From: Octopus sinensis
Lineage: Eukaryota
Direction: 5' to 3'
DNA length: 49,999 bases
Assembly: GCF_006345805.1 (NCBI RefSeq)
Contig: NW_021834584.1
Span: 1-49,999, forward strand
The notes under the pieces were generated by a model. That model was not told where the DNA came from, searched no databases, and worked only from the letters and a program-made list of their open reading frames with translations. Shown piece by piece: positions 1-12,050 of the stretch (position 1 is the first letter of the stretch; every line of letters starts with the position of its first letter). The translations under genes and the position numbers were made by a program.

Positions 1-88
1 ATATATATATAATATAGATATATATATATATATAATTATATATATATATATAATATATATATCTAATCAGCAGAAGAATACACACTGG

Positions 89-155
89 CTCAAGAGCCGA
101 GTCATTCGTGAAATTTGTTTGATAAGTGTCATAAACGAAACTCTCGGCTCATGAG
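89..155 (+). ncRNA. degenerate type III-like hammerhead motif
   Basis: GAGCCGAG-TC pairs with GAAA-CTC(TC)GGCTC. The core reads TTGATAA (U3/A8). Stem II is 2 bp and stem I pairs poorly. Confidence 0.3.
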
Positions 156-384
156 ACACTTCGCAAATTCTGCCATTTACAAGTACTAAATTACGCATAC
201 ACATACACACATGTGTGTATACTTATATAAGGTACATACATACATACATACATACATACATACATACATACATACATACATACATGCAGGCATACATACA
301 TACATACATACATACATACATACATACATACATACATACATACATACATGCAGGCATACATTCATACATATAAACACTATATAG

Positions 385-745
385 AACGATACATTCTTTG
401 CACCATGTGGCAAATATTCCACCAATATTATCCAAATGGTATTGGCATTATGTTTACAATTCAGCCAAGATTAGGCCCCGTGCAATGCGTCCCCTACAAA
501 GGTCGAGATTACATCACATAAGAAGAATGCGACACAATTTCTTCACTGCAAAAAGTCCTGCACTTTTCAATGTTATTCCAAAAGAATTTAAAGTAGAAAA
601 AGACCCTAACTATACCTGGATACGTCTCAACCAGCAACAACTCTCTGCTCGAGTGGTCCATGCTGTCCCGAAATAACTAATTAAAAGACTTTTCCAGGTG
701 GTGCTATTGAGACAGTCATGGCCTGGGCCGATAATGGCCGAAACC
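385..745 (+). mobile_element. 3' remnant of a CR1/Jockey-group non-LTR retrotransposon
   Basis: Peptides FFTAKSPALFNVIPKEFKVEKDP and, in another frame, PGYVSTSNNSLLEW resemble post-RT C-termini of such LINEs. The copy is internally deleted. Confidence 0.55.
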
Positions 746-856
746 AATCTAAGTTATCATATACATATATATTTATATGTATAATATGTGCCTTGCCTCC
801 ATCCTCCACCCCTTCTCATTCTCTTTGCCTTGATTGTGGCAATTAGTCGGTTGCCA

Positions 857-919
857 TAATAAAACTCAGAGTTTCGGATGTCGGGGCGGAATTCTGCTCC
901 GGCATCTCGTCACTTATTA
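857..919 (-). ncRNA. minimal type I hammerhead motif with a C3G core change
   Basis: Minus strand: TAATAA-GTGACGA-GATG...CATC-C-GAAA-CTCTGAG-TT-TTATTA. Stem I is 6 bp and stem II is 4 bp. Confidence 0.6.
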
Positions 920-1029
920 AGACAAACAAAAATGCTATGAAAATGACCGTGAAATAAAGCGATATGCGTGCGCGCATGTGTATGTATGTACATGGGTGCA
1001 TACGCGGATTCTGAGAGTAGCTTTACCTT

Positions 1030-1378
1030 CTTAGAGTAATTTTACTTTCTCCCTATTCGGGTAATATCCCTTTATTTACATTGTTTTTACTGTCTTGTTT
1101 TGTTCTTACTGTCCTGTTCTTGTTACCACATTTACTCCTCCACAAAAAATCCCAAACTTTATTTAATTTGCTTTGCGGGAAGGACTGCTTCAATGAAGTC
1201 GCGTTTTGTCCTTACCTTCGAACGTGGTGTAGACGAACCAGGGACAACTGAATAATGGGAATATTCCTTGTGTTGTATGTCTTGTACTCTGTTCGTTTCC
1301 ATGTTTTTGTTTTTATTTTTTCGTTTCTCATTGTGTTCAACGTTTTTTTGTTGTTATCCTGTACCCATATATGCATGT

Positions 1379-1400
<22 letters not shown>
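1030..1400 (+). mobile_element. short interspersed repeat carrying a permuted hammerhead (putative Penelope-like fragment)
   Basis: Homologous to the minus-strand copies at about 24100-24470 and 37500-37860. It ends in a TA/CA microsatellite. Confidence 0.6.
1199..1259 (+). ncRNA. decayed permuted hammerhead motif
   Basis: TCGCG-TT|TTGTCC...CTTC-GAA-CGTGG...GGACAA-CTGAATA. Stems I and III pair, but GAAA has lost an A and G8 is T. Confidence 0.6.
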
Positions 1401-1415
<15 letters not shown>

Positions 1416-1754
1416 GGTATGTACATATATGTATGTATATATGCATATATTTATATATTATACACACACACACACACGTATACAGGAAAACACTTCATCT
1501 CATGTTGCTCTGTGATCACTTCGATGCCCGACATGTGGCACACAGTGGCACCTGTTCAGACAACGTCGATTTGATGGAGGAAGGGAGCTAATGTGCGGCA
1601 CGGACATTTTATGACCATAAACAAATCGATTGTGGAAGACAATCAGTTCATCATATATATATATATATATATATCTTTAAAATTTGCACGGATGGATGAC
1701 AACGGAGACCACAGACACGGATAAAGTACCCACAAGATGTGGACTTGCTCCTCC

Positions 1755-1813
1755 CTCATCAGTTATCGTCCAAAAATCTTAATAATTTCGCTCTTTTAAC
1801 GATAACATTGATT
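1755..1813 (-). ncRNA. permuted hammerhead motif with G at the cleavage position
   Basis: Minus strand: AAT(C)AAT-G|TTATCGT...C-GAAA-TTATT...ACGATAA-CTGATGA-G. Stem I is a perfect 7 bp; stem II is only 1 bp. Confidence 0.55.
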
Positions 1814-2012
1814 TTTGTGGTGTCCACAGCAAGACCTGTCAGGATTGCATACTTTATATACAGACATTCCACATCCATCCATACAAAGATATTTATATAC
1901 ATATCAATAAATAAATATTTTTATATATTTATATATTTGTATATTTGTATGTCTATACGCATGAATGTACGTAAGTGTGATCGGTTAGCTGAAAGAACGG
2001 TAAATCTAATTA

Positions 2013-2351
<339 letters not shown>

Positions 2352-2452
2352 TTACTCACCTACTGGGACCATCACAACCATTGACGTAAAGAAACCGAAA
2401 AACAAAGATGCAAACAACAAACATCACGTGATCCCGTAATCAACCAGATTAT

Positions 2453-2713
2453 GGGCCGACCAAAGCCTTGTGAGTAGTTTAGGTAAAGAGAAACTGAAAG
2501 AAGCCCATCGTATACATGTGTCTGTGTCCGGCATCGTTTGATAACCGATGTTGGTGTATTTACATCCATGTAATTTAGCGGTTCGGCAGAAGACACAGGT
2601 AGAATAAGTACTAGGCTTACAAAGAATAAGTCCTGGGGTCGATTTGTTCCACTGAAGGCGGTGCTCCTGCATGGCCGCAGTCAAATGACTGAAACAAGTA
2701 AAAGAATAAAAAA

Positions 2714-2714
<1 letters not shown>
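2453..2714 (+). mobile_element. tRNA-derived SINE, family 1 (5'-truncated)
   Basis: Matches the body and tail of the full copies at 8261-8728, 40420-40830 and 44888-45268. Confidence 0.85.
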
Positions 2715-2749
<35 letters not shown>

Positions 2750-3106
2750 GTATGTGTGTATGCATGAATGTATGTATATGTGTGTGGGTAATATATACAT
2801 ATATGAATATATATGAATATACGCATGTGTGTATGTCTGTGTGTGTAGGTGTATATAAATGTAAATATATACATATATGTGTGTGTATGTATGTATGTAT
2901 GCATATACGTATGTATGTATGCACGTATGTATGTATGTATGTACGTATGTATGTATGTATGTATGTATGTATATATGTACGTATGTATGTATGTATGTAT
3001 GTATGTGTGTATGTATGTAATACGTTAAAAACACATCTTGGAAAAGTTGCAGTTTCTGCATTCTGCATGCTCTCTTCACATAAAACGAATAATTGACGAA
3101 TCCTTG

Positions 3107-3183
<77 letters not shown>

Positions 3184-3520
3184 ACTATATTTTACATTCT
3201 CATTTTCTTTTTTCTTTTCTTCTTTTTCTTTTTTTTTTTCATCTGTTGTAGTTGTTTTAGATAATCAAGGTGAGGAAGAAACAATAACTTGATTGAGGAC
3301 AAGAGAGAAAGCCAACACAATTTCCGGACTAAATATAATACAAGGAGAAACTTTTAAATAGACCGTCTTTTTTAAGGAGATAACATCATTACAAAGAACA
3401 ACTTTCTAATAACAATTCATAAGCGTCTTCTCTTAGTAAATGACGTCAATATAATAGGATGGAAAAAAATGGCGACCAGATAGAAAGGCACACAGACATA
3501 CACGCTCGCGAATACACACT

Positions 3521-3569
<49 letters not shown>

Positions 3570-3759
3570 GCATGCATGTATAAAAAAAGCCGGCACTCGC
3601 CGCGCTTCCCTTTCATGTAAGCTCTGCTGCTTGTTTACTCTCAATATACCTGACAGCTATTTCGTTCTGTGATTACTCATGAGTTGAAAGAAATTCTGCA
3701 TATCGGTGAGTCAAGGAGGCAATTGATTCACACCGATTGTTATCCATTTATATAACAGC

Positions 3760-3787
3760 GATAATAACGATGATAATAATAATGATG

Positions 3788-3838
<51 letters not shown>

Positions 3839-3864
3839 TTAATAATAATAATAATAATAATAAC

Positions 3865-3905
<41 letters not shown>

Positions 3906-3932
3906 TTATTATTGTAGTTGTTATTTTTGTTG

Positions 3933-3970
<38 letters not shown>

Positions 3971-4042
3971 CTATTATTGTTATTATTATTATTATTATTA
4001 TTAATATTATTATTATTATTATTATTACTATTATTATTATTA

Positions 4043-4088
<46 letters not shown>

Positions 4089-4111
4089 TATTGTTATTAT
4101 TATCATCATCA

Positions 4112-4149
<38 letters not shown>

Positions 4150-4150
4150 G
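3760..4150. repeat. (AAT)n followed by (ATT)n microsatellite
   Basis: Trinucleotide tract that switches strand near 3903. Confidence 0.95.
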
Positions 4151-4550
4151 CGTTTGCTCATCTTCTAACGCTGGAGATATTCTACAGTGTCAGCTGTTCA
4201 CTAGCAATGAACTAGGGTAACACCTCTTATTTTTTGAGCACTTTCCGGAGTAATTGAGGGGTTCCAAGTAGAGCTGTTTTCTGCAAGTGCTTCACCATTA
4301 TTGCAGCCCGTATTTGTTTCATGTACTTCTTAAGATTTTTTTTCATTGTTCTCAGAATTATTCATTGTTCTCATGAATTATTCCTGTAGGAATTGGTATA
4401 CTTGGCACCACATCCAAAATGCCTCCTAAAAGACTCAAAACTGAAACACGCATTGTCGACCGGCAGAAAAGTACCATCCTATATTCTGCCAGATTTCTAT
4501 GGAAGACTTTAGAGATTTGAGTAGACTTGTTCTCACTAAGCCTCAAAAAA
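4150..4550 (-). mobile_element. 3' remnant of an R4/Dong-like (RLE) non-LTR retrotransposon
   Basis: The minus strand gives VVPSIPIPTGII...KNLKKYMKQIRAAIMVKHLQKTALLGT, typical of RLE-domain C-termini. The 3' end runs into (AAT)n. Confidence 0.65.
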
Positions 4551-5013
4551 ATTCCTGCTCACTGAATTAGCATGCACAAGCGTAATAATAATAACAATGA
4601 TGATAATGATAACGGCAAAAATGTTGAAGCTACGCTTGCTGAATTTATTGATCATTGCCTCGTATAATTAATGTAGAGATTTCACTATCTGACACCACTT
4701 GTATTCCAAGTATCAGAGATCGATCCGTATCAATACCAAACCTTCCCCCACCACACGCACCCAAAAGTAGCAATCACAACAAAATTATCTCATTTCTCCT
4801 AAATTGATAATTATCTAAAATTTCGGCACAAGGTCCGGGCTTTTGATAAATAACACGAAAAACTGGTGGCTTGCCGAACTCGACAAAAATAGACACAAAG
4901 AAATATTCTACGAATGTAAGAACAAATATGAGATAAAGGACGCGGCTCTACTCTTCAGTTGTTGCAAATATAACAAAAATGCAATAAATATAAAGAATAT
5001 GGTTGTATACTAA

Positions 5014-5398
5014 ACTAGCAGTATCGCCCGGCGTTGCTCGAGTTTGTTTCGACCCTTTAGAATTGGAATTTTTGAAAAGTAAAAATTTTGCATTATGTAG
5101 CTTGTTATTCGCTTTAAGTGAACATTTTTCTGGTTGAAATACACCGAAAAATAGCGACACAGTAGTGAAAAAATCGTAAAAAAATAAGGATTCTCATAGA
5201 AAAAAAACACCTTTTTGATGTAAATAATTTTTGGTGTTAACATGGTCCGATTTGAATTTTTTCTTCTACGGAAGGAAAAAACCTTCTATCATACTCTCAA
5301 TTTTGGTCAACTTGCGCCGCAGGGTCTCGGAGGAGATAGTGTTAGTTGAAGGCTACCAAACCTGCCATACACAGACAACTTCAGCTTTATATATATAG
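5014..5398 (+). mobile_element. putative non-autonomous Helentron/DINE-1-like element
   Basis: The 5' end ACTAGCAGTATCGCCCGGCGTTGCT is shared with 12728. The 3' end is ACAGACAAC...CTTTATATATATAG. There is no ORF. Confidence 0.55.
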
Positions 5399-5784
5399 GG
5401 AGAGATGTATACAGTATAGCTACATTTTATCCTTCTATGAAACTATGACATTATGATGGCATAAAATTTAGAGGCAAAAAAACGGCAAAACATGGATCTG
5501 AGCCTGACGTTCATCTTGTTTTCAATGTATAAACGAGAGACGAAAGTAAAGTGATCATCAAGCCACGCGGCATTCACCAATCTCTTTTACATTTATCAAA
5601 TTCTTTGTCTCGAGAATCCTTTCCCCCTTTGCATCAAGTGATACTGGAATAAACTCATCAAAATTTTCGATGGAAAACATCCGACAGGAAGTCGTTTAGC
5701 TTCGTCAACACACAATCCTTCTTGCTATGGGTCCATAAGCACTAAAAACAAACCTAGATTCGCAAAGGACCCAAAGGACGACTT

Positions 5785-5836
5785 GATGAGGATGATGATG
5801 AGGAGGAGGATGGTGGTGGTGGTGATGGTGGTGTTA

Positions 5837-5899
<63 letters not shown>

Positions 5900-5969
5900 A
5901 TGCTGGTGGTGGTGATGATGAAGATGATGATGAAGATGATGATGATGATGATAATGATGATGATGATGG

Positions 5970-6001
<32 letters not shown>

Positions 6002-6160
6002 GAGGATGATGGTGATGATGATGATGAGGATGAGGATGATGATGCTGGTGGTGGTGGTGGTGGTAGTGGTGGTGGTGGTGGTGATGATATTTCACCATCA
6101 ACATATTGGCAATAATGGTGGTGAAGATGATGATGAGCAGGAGGAGGATGAAGAGGGGTG
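5785..6160. repeat. (GAT)n/(GGT)n compound microsatellite
   Basis: Seen directly. Confidence 0.95.
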
Positions 6161-6510
6161 GGGAAATTCCTGAAGCAGACTCACGGAGGATAAGCAATGT
6201 TTCTTATTTCATAGAAATGACCAAATGAGCGACAAAAAAAAGAAAAAAAATAATAAATAGGATGACGACAACAGGAGAATTCGAAACCAGAACGGAGAGG
6301 TGTCTGACAAGGTTGTAGACGCGCAAAAACAAAAACATGTTGTCTTCTTCTTTATGTTTCGCACTTCCGTTGATGTGTCGGAACTTGCAGATGTCTTATG
6401 TTAATGTCTGTTTATATTAATGGAACCGAAGAGAGATTAAGAAACGCAAATACGGCGCAGTAAACAAAGATTTCCTTTGGAATATGTGTTGTTTGTTTGT
6501 GTGTGTACGT

Positions 6511-6541
<31 letters not shown>

Positions 6542-6924
6542 GTATTTGTTTGTATGTGTGTTTACAGTTTACTAAATGGATGTACCTACGTGGGTATATA
6601 TTTGTTTATATAGGGGTGGTGTGTGTGTTTACATATGATGGTGTTTGTGGATGTGTGCGCATGTGCAGCAAGGTGTTTTGCGATGCTAAAAGACTGAATT
6701 GGTTGTAAATAACGGTGGCCAAACTGTTTTGGATTCCCAGAAAAATCGGTGAATGTTTCTTCCTGGAAGGTCATTGAGGGAGGTTCGTGGAACGAAATGG
6801 ATTTTCTCAAGATGAACAGATTTTGAGATTCAGTTTCATAATCGTTTATCGTTTATCTTTTAGTCAGGAAGGGAAAACGGGGGCCATGACCCTTTACAGG
6901 GCCTCCAAGTCTGGTGGAAGAAAT

Positions 6925-7712
6925 AGGAAGGAAGGGAAGGAAAGAGGGAGGAAGGGAGGAAGGAAGGAAGGAAGGAAGGCAAGAAGGAAGGGAGGAAGGG
7001 AGAGAGAGAGGGAGGAAGGGAGGGAGGTAGCGAGGGAGGGAGGTAGCGCGGAGTGAGGGGGAAGGATGGATGGAGGAAGGAAGGAAGGAAGGAAGGAAAG
7101 AAGGAAGGAAGGAAGTGAGGGAGAGAGGGAGGGAATGGAGGGAGGGAGGGGAGCGAAGGGAGTGAGGGGGAGGATGGATGGAGGAAGGAAGGAAGGAAGG
7201 CAAGAAGGAAGGGAGGAAGGGAGAGAGAGAGGGAGGAAGGGAGGAAGGGAGGGAGGGAGGGAGGTAGCGAGGGAGTGAGGGGGAAGGATGGATGGAGGAA
7301 GGAAGGAAGGAAGGAAGGAAGAAGGAAGGAAGGAAGTGAGGGAGAGAGGGATGAAGGGGGAGGAAGGAGGGAGGTAGCGAGGGATGGGGGAAGGATGGAT
7401 GGAGGAAGGAAAGAAGGAAGGAAGGAAGTGAGGGAGAGAGGGAGGAAGGGAGGAAGGGAGGGAGGTAGCGATTGAGTGAGGGGGAAGGATGGATGGAGGA
7501 AGAAAGAGGGAAGGAAGGAAGTTGATTGAGAGAGGGCGAAGGTAGGAAGGGGAGGGAGAGGTAGCGAGGGAGGGAGGTAGCGAGGGAGTGAGGGGGAAGG
7601 ATGGATGGAGGAAGGAAAGAAGGAAGGAAGGAAGTGAGGGAGAGAGGGAGGAAGGGAGGAAGGGAGGGAGGGAGCGAGGGAGTGAGGGGGAAGGATGGAT
7701 GGAGGAAGGAAA
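6925..7712 (+). repeat. polypurine minisatellite, about 100-bp unit, about 7 copies
   Basis: GGATGGATGGAGGA recurs about every 93-115 bp, with GGTAGCG anchors, in a GGAA/GGGA background. Confidence 0.85.
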
Positions 7713-7778
7713 GTGTTCTTAAACCGGAAACCTGACCCAAGTGTTTGTAACAGAGTAAAGTCCACTAAAAGCACCCGA

Positions 7779-7795
7779 AGCGCCACCTGGTGGTG
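7779..7795 (-). promoter_or_regulatory. CTCF-like binding motif
   Basis: The minus strand reads CACCACCAGGTGGCGCT, a near-perfect match to the CTCF core CCASYAGRKGGCRS, in non-repetitive sequence. Confidence 0.5.
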
Positions 7796-8260
7796 TTTAA
7801 TTGGAAGGAGACGGCTTAACCTTATCAGACCTGGGCCCCTGTTTCTAGCTTTACCCTTCATCTGGGCTCCTGAGCAAAAACAAAATAATAAATAGTTGCA
7901 TACACAGCCCAAGGGTAGCAATTGCAGGCAAAAATAATGGACAGAATCACAAAAAAAAACAAAAAAACATTCAGGACAACAACAACAGACTTTCGCTTTT
8001 TGGATTTGATTTGCAAGATTCTTTATAAGAAATCAGTGGAAAGTTTACCGGTGAGTGTGTTACATTATAAGGTACAAAAAGAAAATGCGACGTTCTTATC
8101 GTTCCACCGTCCAATATTCTGTATTGGTTCTTCTTTTTGGAACCGGTGAAGATAAAAGACAAAAAGTCCTGGCTGGAATTTGAACTCAGAACGCAGAATT
8201 TCAGAACAAATATACATTTGATATTTTGGGGTTTTGGTGCTTAGAAGAAAAAAAAAAACA

Positions 8261-8495
8261 TACTCTTTTACTCTTGTACTCTTTTCCTTGTTTCAGTCAT
8301 TTGACTGCGGCCATGCAGGAGCACCGCCTTTAGTCGAGCAAATCGACCCCAGGACTTATTCTTTGTAAGCCTAGTACTTATTCTAACGGTCTCTTTTGCC
8401 GAACCGCTAGGTTACGGGGGCGTAAACACACCAGCATCGGTTGTCAAGCGATGTTGGGGGGGGACAAACACAGACACACAAACACACACACACAC

Positions 8496-8561
<66 letters not shown>

Positions 8562-8728
8562 TATACGACGGGCTTCTTTCAGTTTCCGTCTACCAAATCC
8601 ATTCACAAGGCTTTGGTCTGCCCGAGGCTATAGTAGAAGACACTTGCCCAAGGTACCACGCAGTGGGACTGAACCTGGAACTATGTGGTTGGTAAGCAAG
8701 CTACTTACCACACAGCCACTCCTACGTC
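8261..8728 (-). mobile_element. full-length tRNA-derived SINE, family 1
   Basis: A-box-like TGGCTGTGTGG, B-box-like GGTTCAGTCCC, CORE-like ACCTTGGGCAAGT, an internal TA/CA tract and a (TAAAAGAG)n-like tail. Confidence 0.9.
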
Positions 8729-9404
8729 TATACGGATACTTCGTTAAAATGGCGAGTGCTACAGAACAATTTTGTAACAATGGGTTTATTTTCTCATCAG
8801 CCAGATTGATACCAATTGTGGTAAACACAACACAAAGTTGTAAATGTATACGTATCGAATGTTTGTATACTACATGCCCATCTTACAGCAACACTTTCTC
8901 CTTCAAAAAACTAAATGATAGTATAAAATGTAGAGGCCAAATGATACTTTCTGAAATTAAAAAAGCAGACTGTTCTGGTGCACGAAAAGACATTTGACTC
9001 TTCCGCCATAATAAATATAATCCGTCTTCACTTCGACAGACGACAAATCTCTTGAAAAAGTTGGACTTAATCTTTACTGAATTAGTTACCGAATCTATGG
9101 TGCAGTTCCATTCTTTAGTGTTCAACAAATATTTTTCTCAGAAACTGCCACACTTGCACCGAAATCCAATGTTTGAATGCTTCTAATCGAATCATACAAC
9201 TAATTTCCATAAAACTTCTTTTTTGGTTTTCATTTTACGAAGTGAAGTTGTAATAGAGTTATCTGCTTTTGGTCAAACTTCTGCAAATACGTTTTCGCTT
9301 GGTTTCCTTGTATGTCACCATTGCACTGTTTTTGTTCCCAACTTTGACCGTCCTTAAATCAAGAATTTTATTTTGGTATTTATGGGAGCATCTGTCTTCG
9401 AAGA

Positions 9405-9467
9405 CTCATATTGTCGTTCAATGCTCGAAATGAAGAGTAGATTGAAAGCCGACAACTGATGAAGGGT
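9405..9467 (+). ncRNA. permuted hammerhead motif, core intact
   Basis: TCA-TA|TTGTCG-TTCAAT-GCTC-GAAA-TGA...CGACAA-CTGATGA-A-GGGT. Stem I is 6 bp, stem III 4 bp, stem II 4 bp (2 GU); the triplet is AUA. Confidence 0.7.
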
Positions 9468-9674
9468 CATTCTTTATGTTACTTGTCACGTTTTCCATTT
9501 GTTTCTCTCGTTGTTTGCGTATTGAACCCATTTGTTTTCGTATTTGATGTTGTTTACCGTTGGTGATGTTCTGTACCCATCTATGCATATATATATATAT
9601 ATATATATTAAGGCAGGTGGAGTACAAACAAACAAATGTATTAGTATAGCGCTCAGGAATAGAAATAGAAAAAG

Positions 9675-9712
9675 TCTTTTACGTTTCGAGCCTACGCTCT
9701 TCGACAGAAAGA
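9675..9712 (-). ncRNA. ultra-minimal type I hammerhead-like motif (A6U family)
   Basis: Minus strand: TCTTT-CTGTCGA-A-GAGC-GTAG-GCTC-GAAA-CG-TA-AAAGA. Confidence 0.55.
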
Positions 9713-9760
9713 TACACAGAAAAAAAACAAGGAGAGAAAAAAATGCGTATAGGAGCTAAT

Positions 9761-9884
9761 GGGCGCAGGAGTAGGTGTGTGGTAAGAAGCTTACTTCACA
9801 ACCACATGGTTTCGGGTTCAGTCCCACTGAGTGGCATCTTGGGCAAGTGTCTGAACACTTGCCGAAGGTGCCACGCAGTGTGAC
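9761..9884 (+). mobile_element. SINE family 1 head followed by an inverted copy of its own end
   Basis: CACTGAGTGGCATCTTGGGCAAGTGT is followed after 4 nt by ACACTTGCCGAAGGTGCCACGCAGTG. Confidence 0.8.
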
Positions 9885-10043
9885 CGACTCCTGCAATGGA
9901 TATATAATATATTATATATATATATATATAATATATATCTATATATATATATATATATATATAGGATGTGAGTAACTTGTAGATAGGTCTGTAATTAAAT
10001 AGGTAGTTAAGTATATGAATGTGTGTGTGTTGTGAGTGTGTGT

Positions 10044-10105
<62 letters not shown>

Positions 10106-10262
10106 GCAGTTCGAAACTTAAAAGCGAGAATTTCTAAGTTCATACTGAAATTTAAAATTCTCATCTTATGACAGCACAATTTTCTAAATACAAACGAAAG
10201 AGCAACACGAGGAGACCAAATGATTCATGCAAAAGACCTACTACTAGTAGTAGTAGTAGTAT

Positions 10263-10316
<54 letters not shown>

Positions 10317-10677
10317 ATGGTAATGATTATGATGATGATGATGACGACGAGATGGTGGTGGTGATGATGATGATGATAAACATTTTGCTAAGACATGTAG
10401 GACGAGTCTGTATCATTTACCTGAATGGTTTGTTGTTTTCAAACCCGGAAACAACATTTGTAGTAAACAGAAATAAAACAAAAACAAAAAACAAATACAA
10501 AACTACTACACAAGCAAACGGAGCTTGTTTGAGCCAAACAATGGGTTGCACGGTGAAGCGCTAAATAAGGTTAACCAAGCGAGAAAGGCCCACTTGAGTG
10601 TTATCGTGTGCTGGACCTTTTCACATAGATACCGTATAGGACAATCCGGGAAGGGTGTTGCTGCACATTAAATGTGA

Positions 10678-11076
10678 CTGTATGTATGTATGTGTGTATG
10701 TATGTATGTATGTGTGTGTGTGTGTGTGTATGTATGTATGAATGTGTGTATGTATGTATGTATGTATGTAATGTATGTGTGTATGTATGTATGTATGTAT
10801 GTATGTATGTATGTATGTGTGTATGTATGCATGTATGTATGTATGTATGTATGTATGTATGTGTGTATGTATGTATGTATGTATGTATGAATGTATGTAT
10901 GTATGTATGTATGTGTGTATGTATGTATGTATGTATGTGTGTATGTATGTATGTATGTATGTATGCATGTGTGTATGTATGTATGTATGTATGTATGTAT
11001 GTATGTATGTATGTATGTATGTATATATGTATGTATGTATGTATGTATATATGTATGCATGCATGTATGTATGTTG

Positions 11077-11110
<34 letters not shown>

Positions 11111-12050
11111 TGTATGTATGTATGTATGTATGTGTGTGTGTGTGTGTATGTATGTATGAAGTGGTGTATGTATATGTATGTATGTAATGTAGGTGTGTAT
11201 GTAGTATGTATGTATGTATGTATGTATGTATGTTGTATGTATCATGTTATGTATGTATGTATGTATGTATGTATGTATGTGTGTATGTATGCATGTGTAT
11301 TATGTATGTATTATGTATGTATGTATGTATGTGTGTATGTATGTATGTATGTATGTGTGTATGTATGTATGTATGTGTGTATGTATGTATGTATGTGTTT
11401 ATGTATGTATGTGTGTATGCATGTATGTATGTATGTTGTATGTGTGTATGTATGTATGTATGTATGTATGTATGTATGTATGTGTGTATGTATGTGTGTA
11501 TGTATGTATGTATGTATGTATTGTGTATGTATGTATGTATGTGTGTATGTATGTATTTGCATGTGTGTATGTATGTATGTATGTGTGTTGTATGTATGTA
11601 TGTATGTGTGTATGTATGTGTGTATGTATGTATGTATGTATGTATGTATGTATGTATGTATGTGTGTATGTATGTATGTATGTATGTGTGTATGTATGTA
11701 TGTATGTGTAGTGTTGTGTATGTATGTATGTTATGTATGTATGTGTGTCTGTATGTGTGATGTATGTATGTATGTATGTATGTATGTTATGTGTGTATTA
11801 TGTATGTATGTATGTGTGTATGTATGTATGTATGTGTGTATGTATGTATGTATGCATGTGTGTATGTATGTATGTATGTATGTATGTATGTATGTATGTG
11901 TGTATGTATGTATGTATGTATGTATGTATGTATGTATGCATGTGTGTATGTATGTATGTATGTATGTATGTATGTATGTGTGTATGTTTGAATGCATGTA
12001 TGCATGTATGCATATATATATGTGTGTGTATGTATGCATGTGTGTGTGTC
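10678..12050. repeat. about 1.4-kb (TATG)n/(TG)n compound microsatellite
   Basis: Seen directly; it explains the long MYVC/HTYI pseudo-ORFs. Confidence 0.97.

Noticed and set aside
4940-4990. Minus-strand AACAA-CTGAAGA resembling the permuted family
   Set aside because: No GAAA strand is present.
7733-7860. Peptide MKGKARN...LSRLLP...LLQTLG that superficially echoes Sim motifs
   Set aside because: The spacing is incompatible with the Sim bHLH, identity is low, and there is no splice site after LLQ. It is not called as sim exon 1 or 2.
8880-9360. Minus-strand YYGGRVKC resembling a protein-primed polB motif
   Set aside because: A single short motif amid many stops, with no supporting polB motifs.
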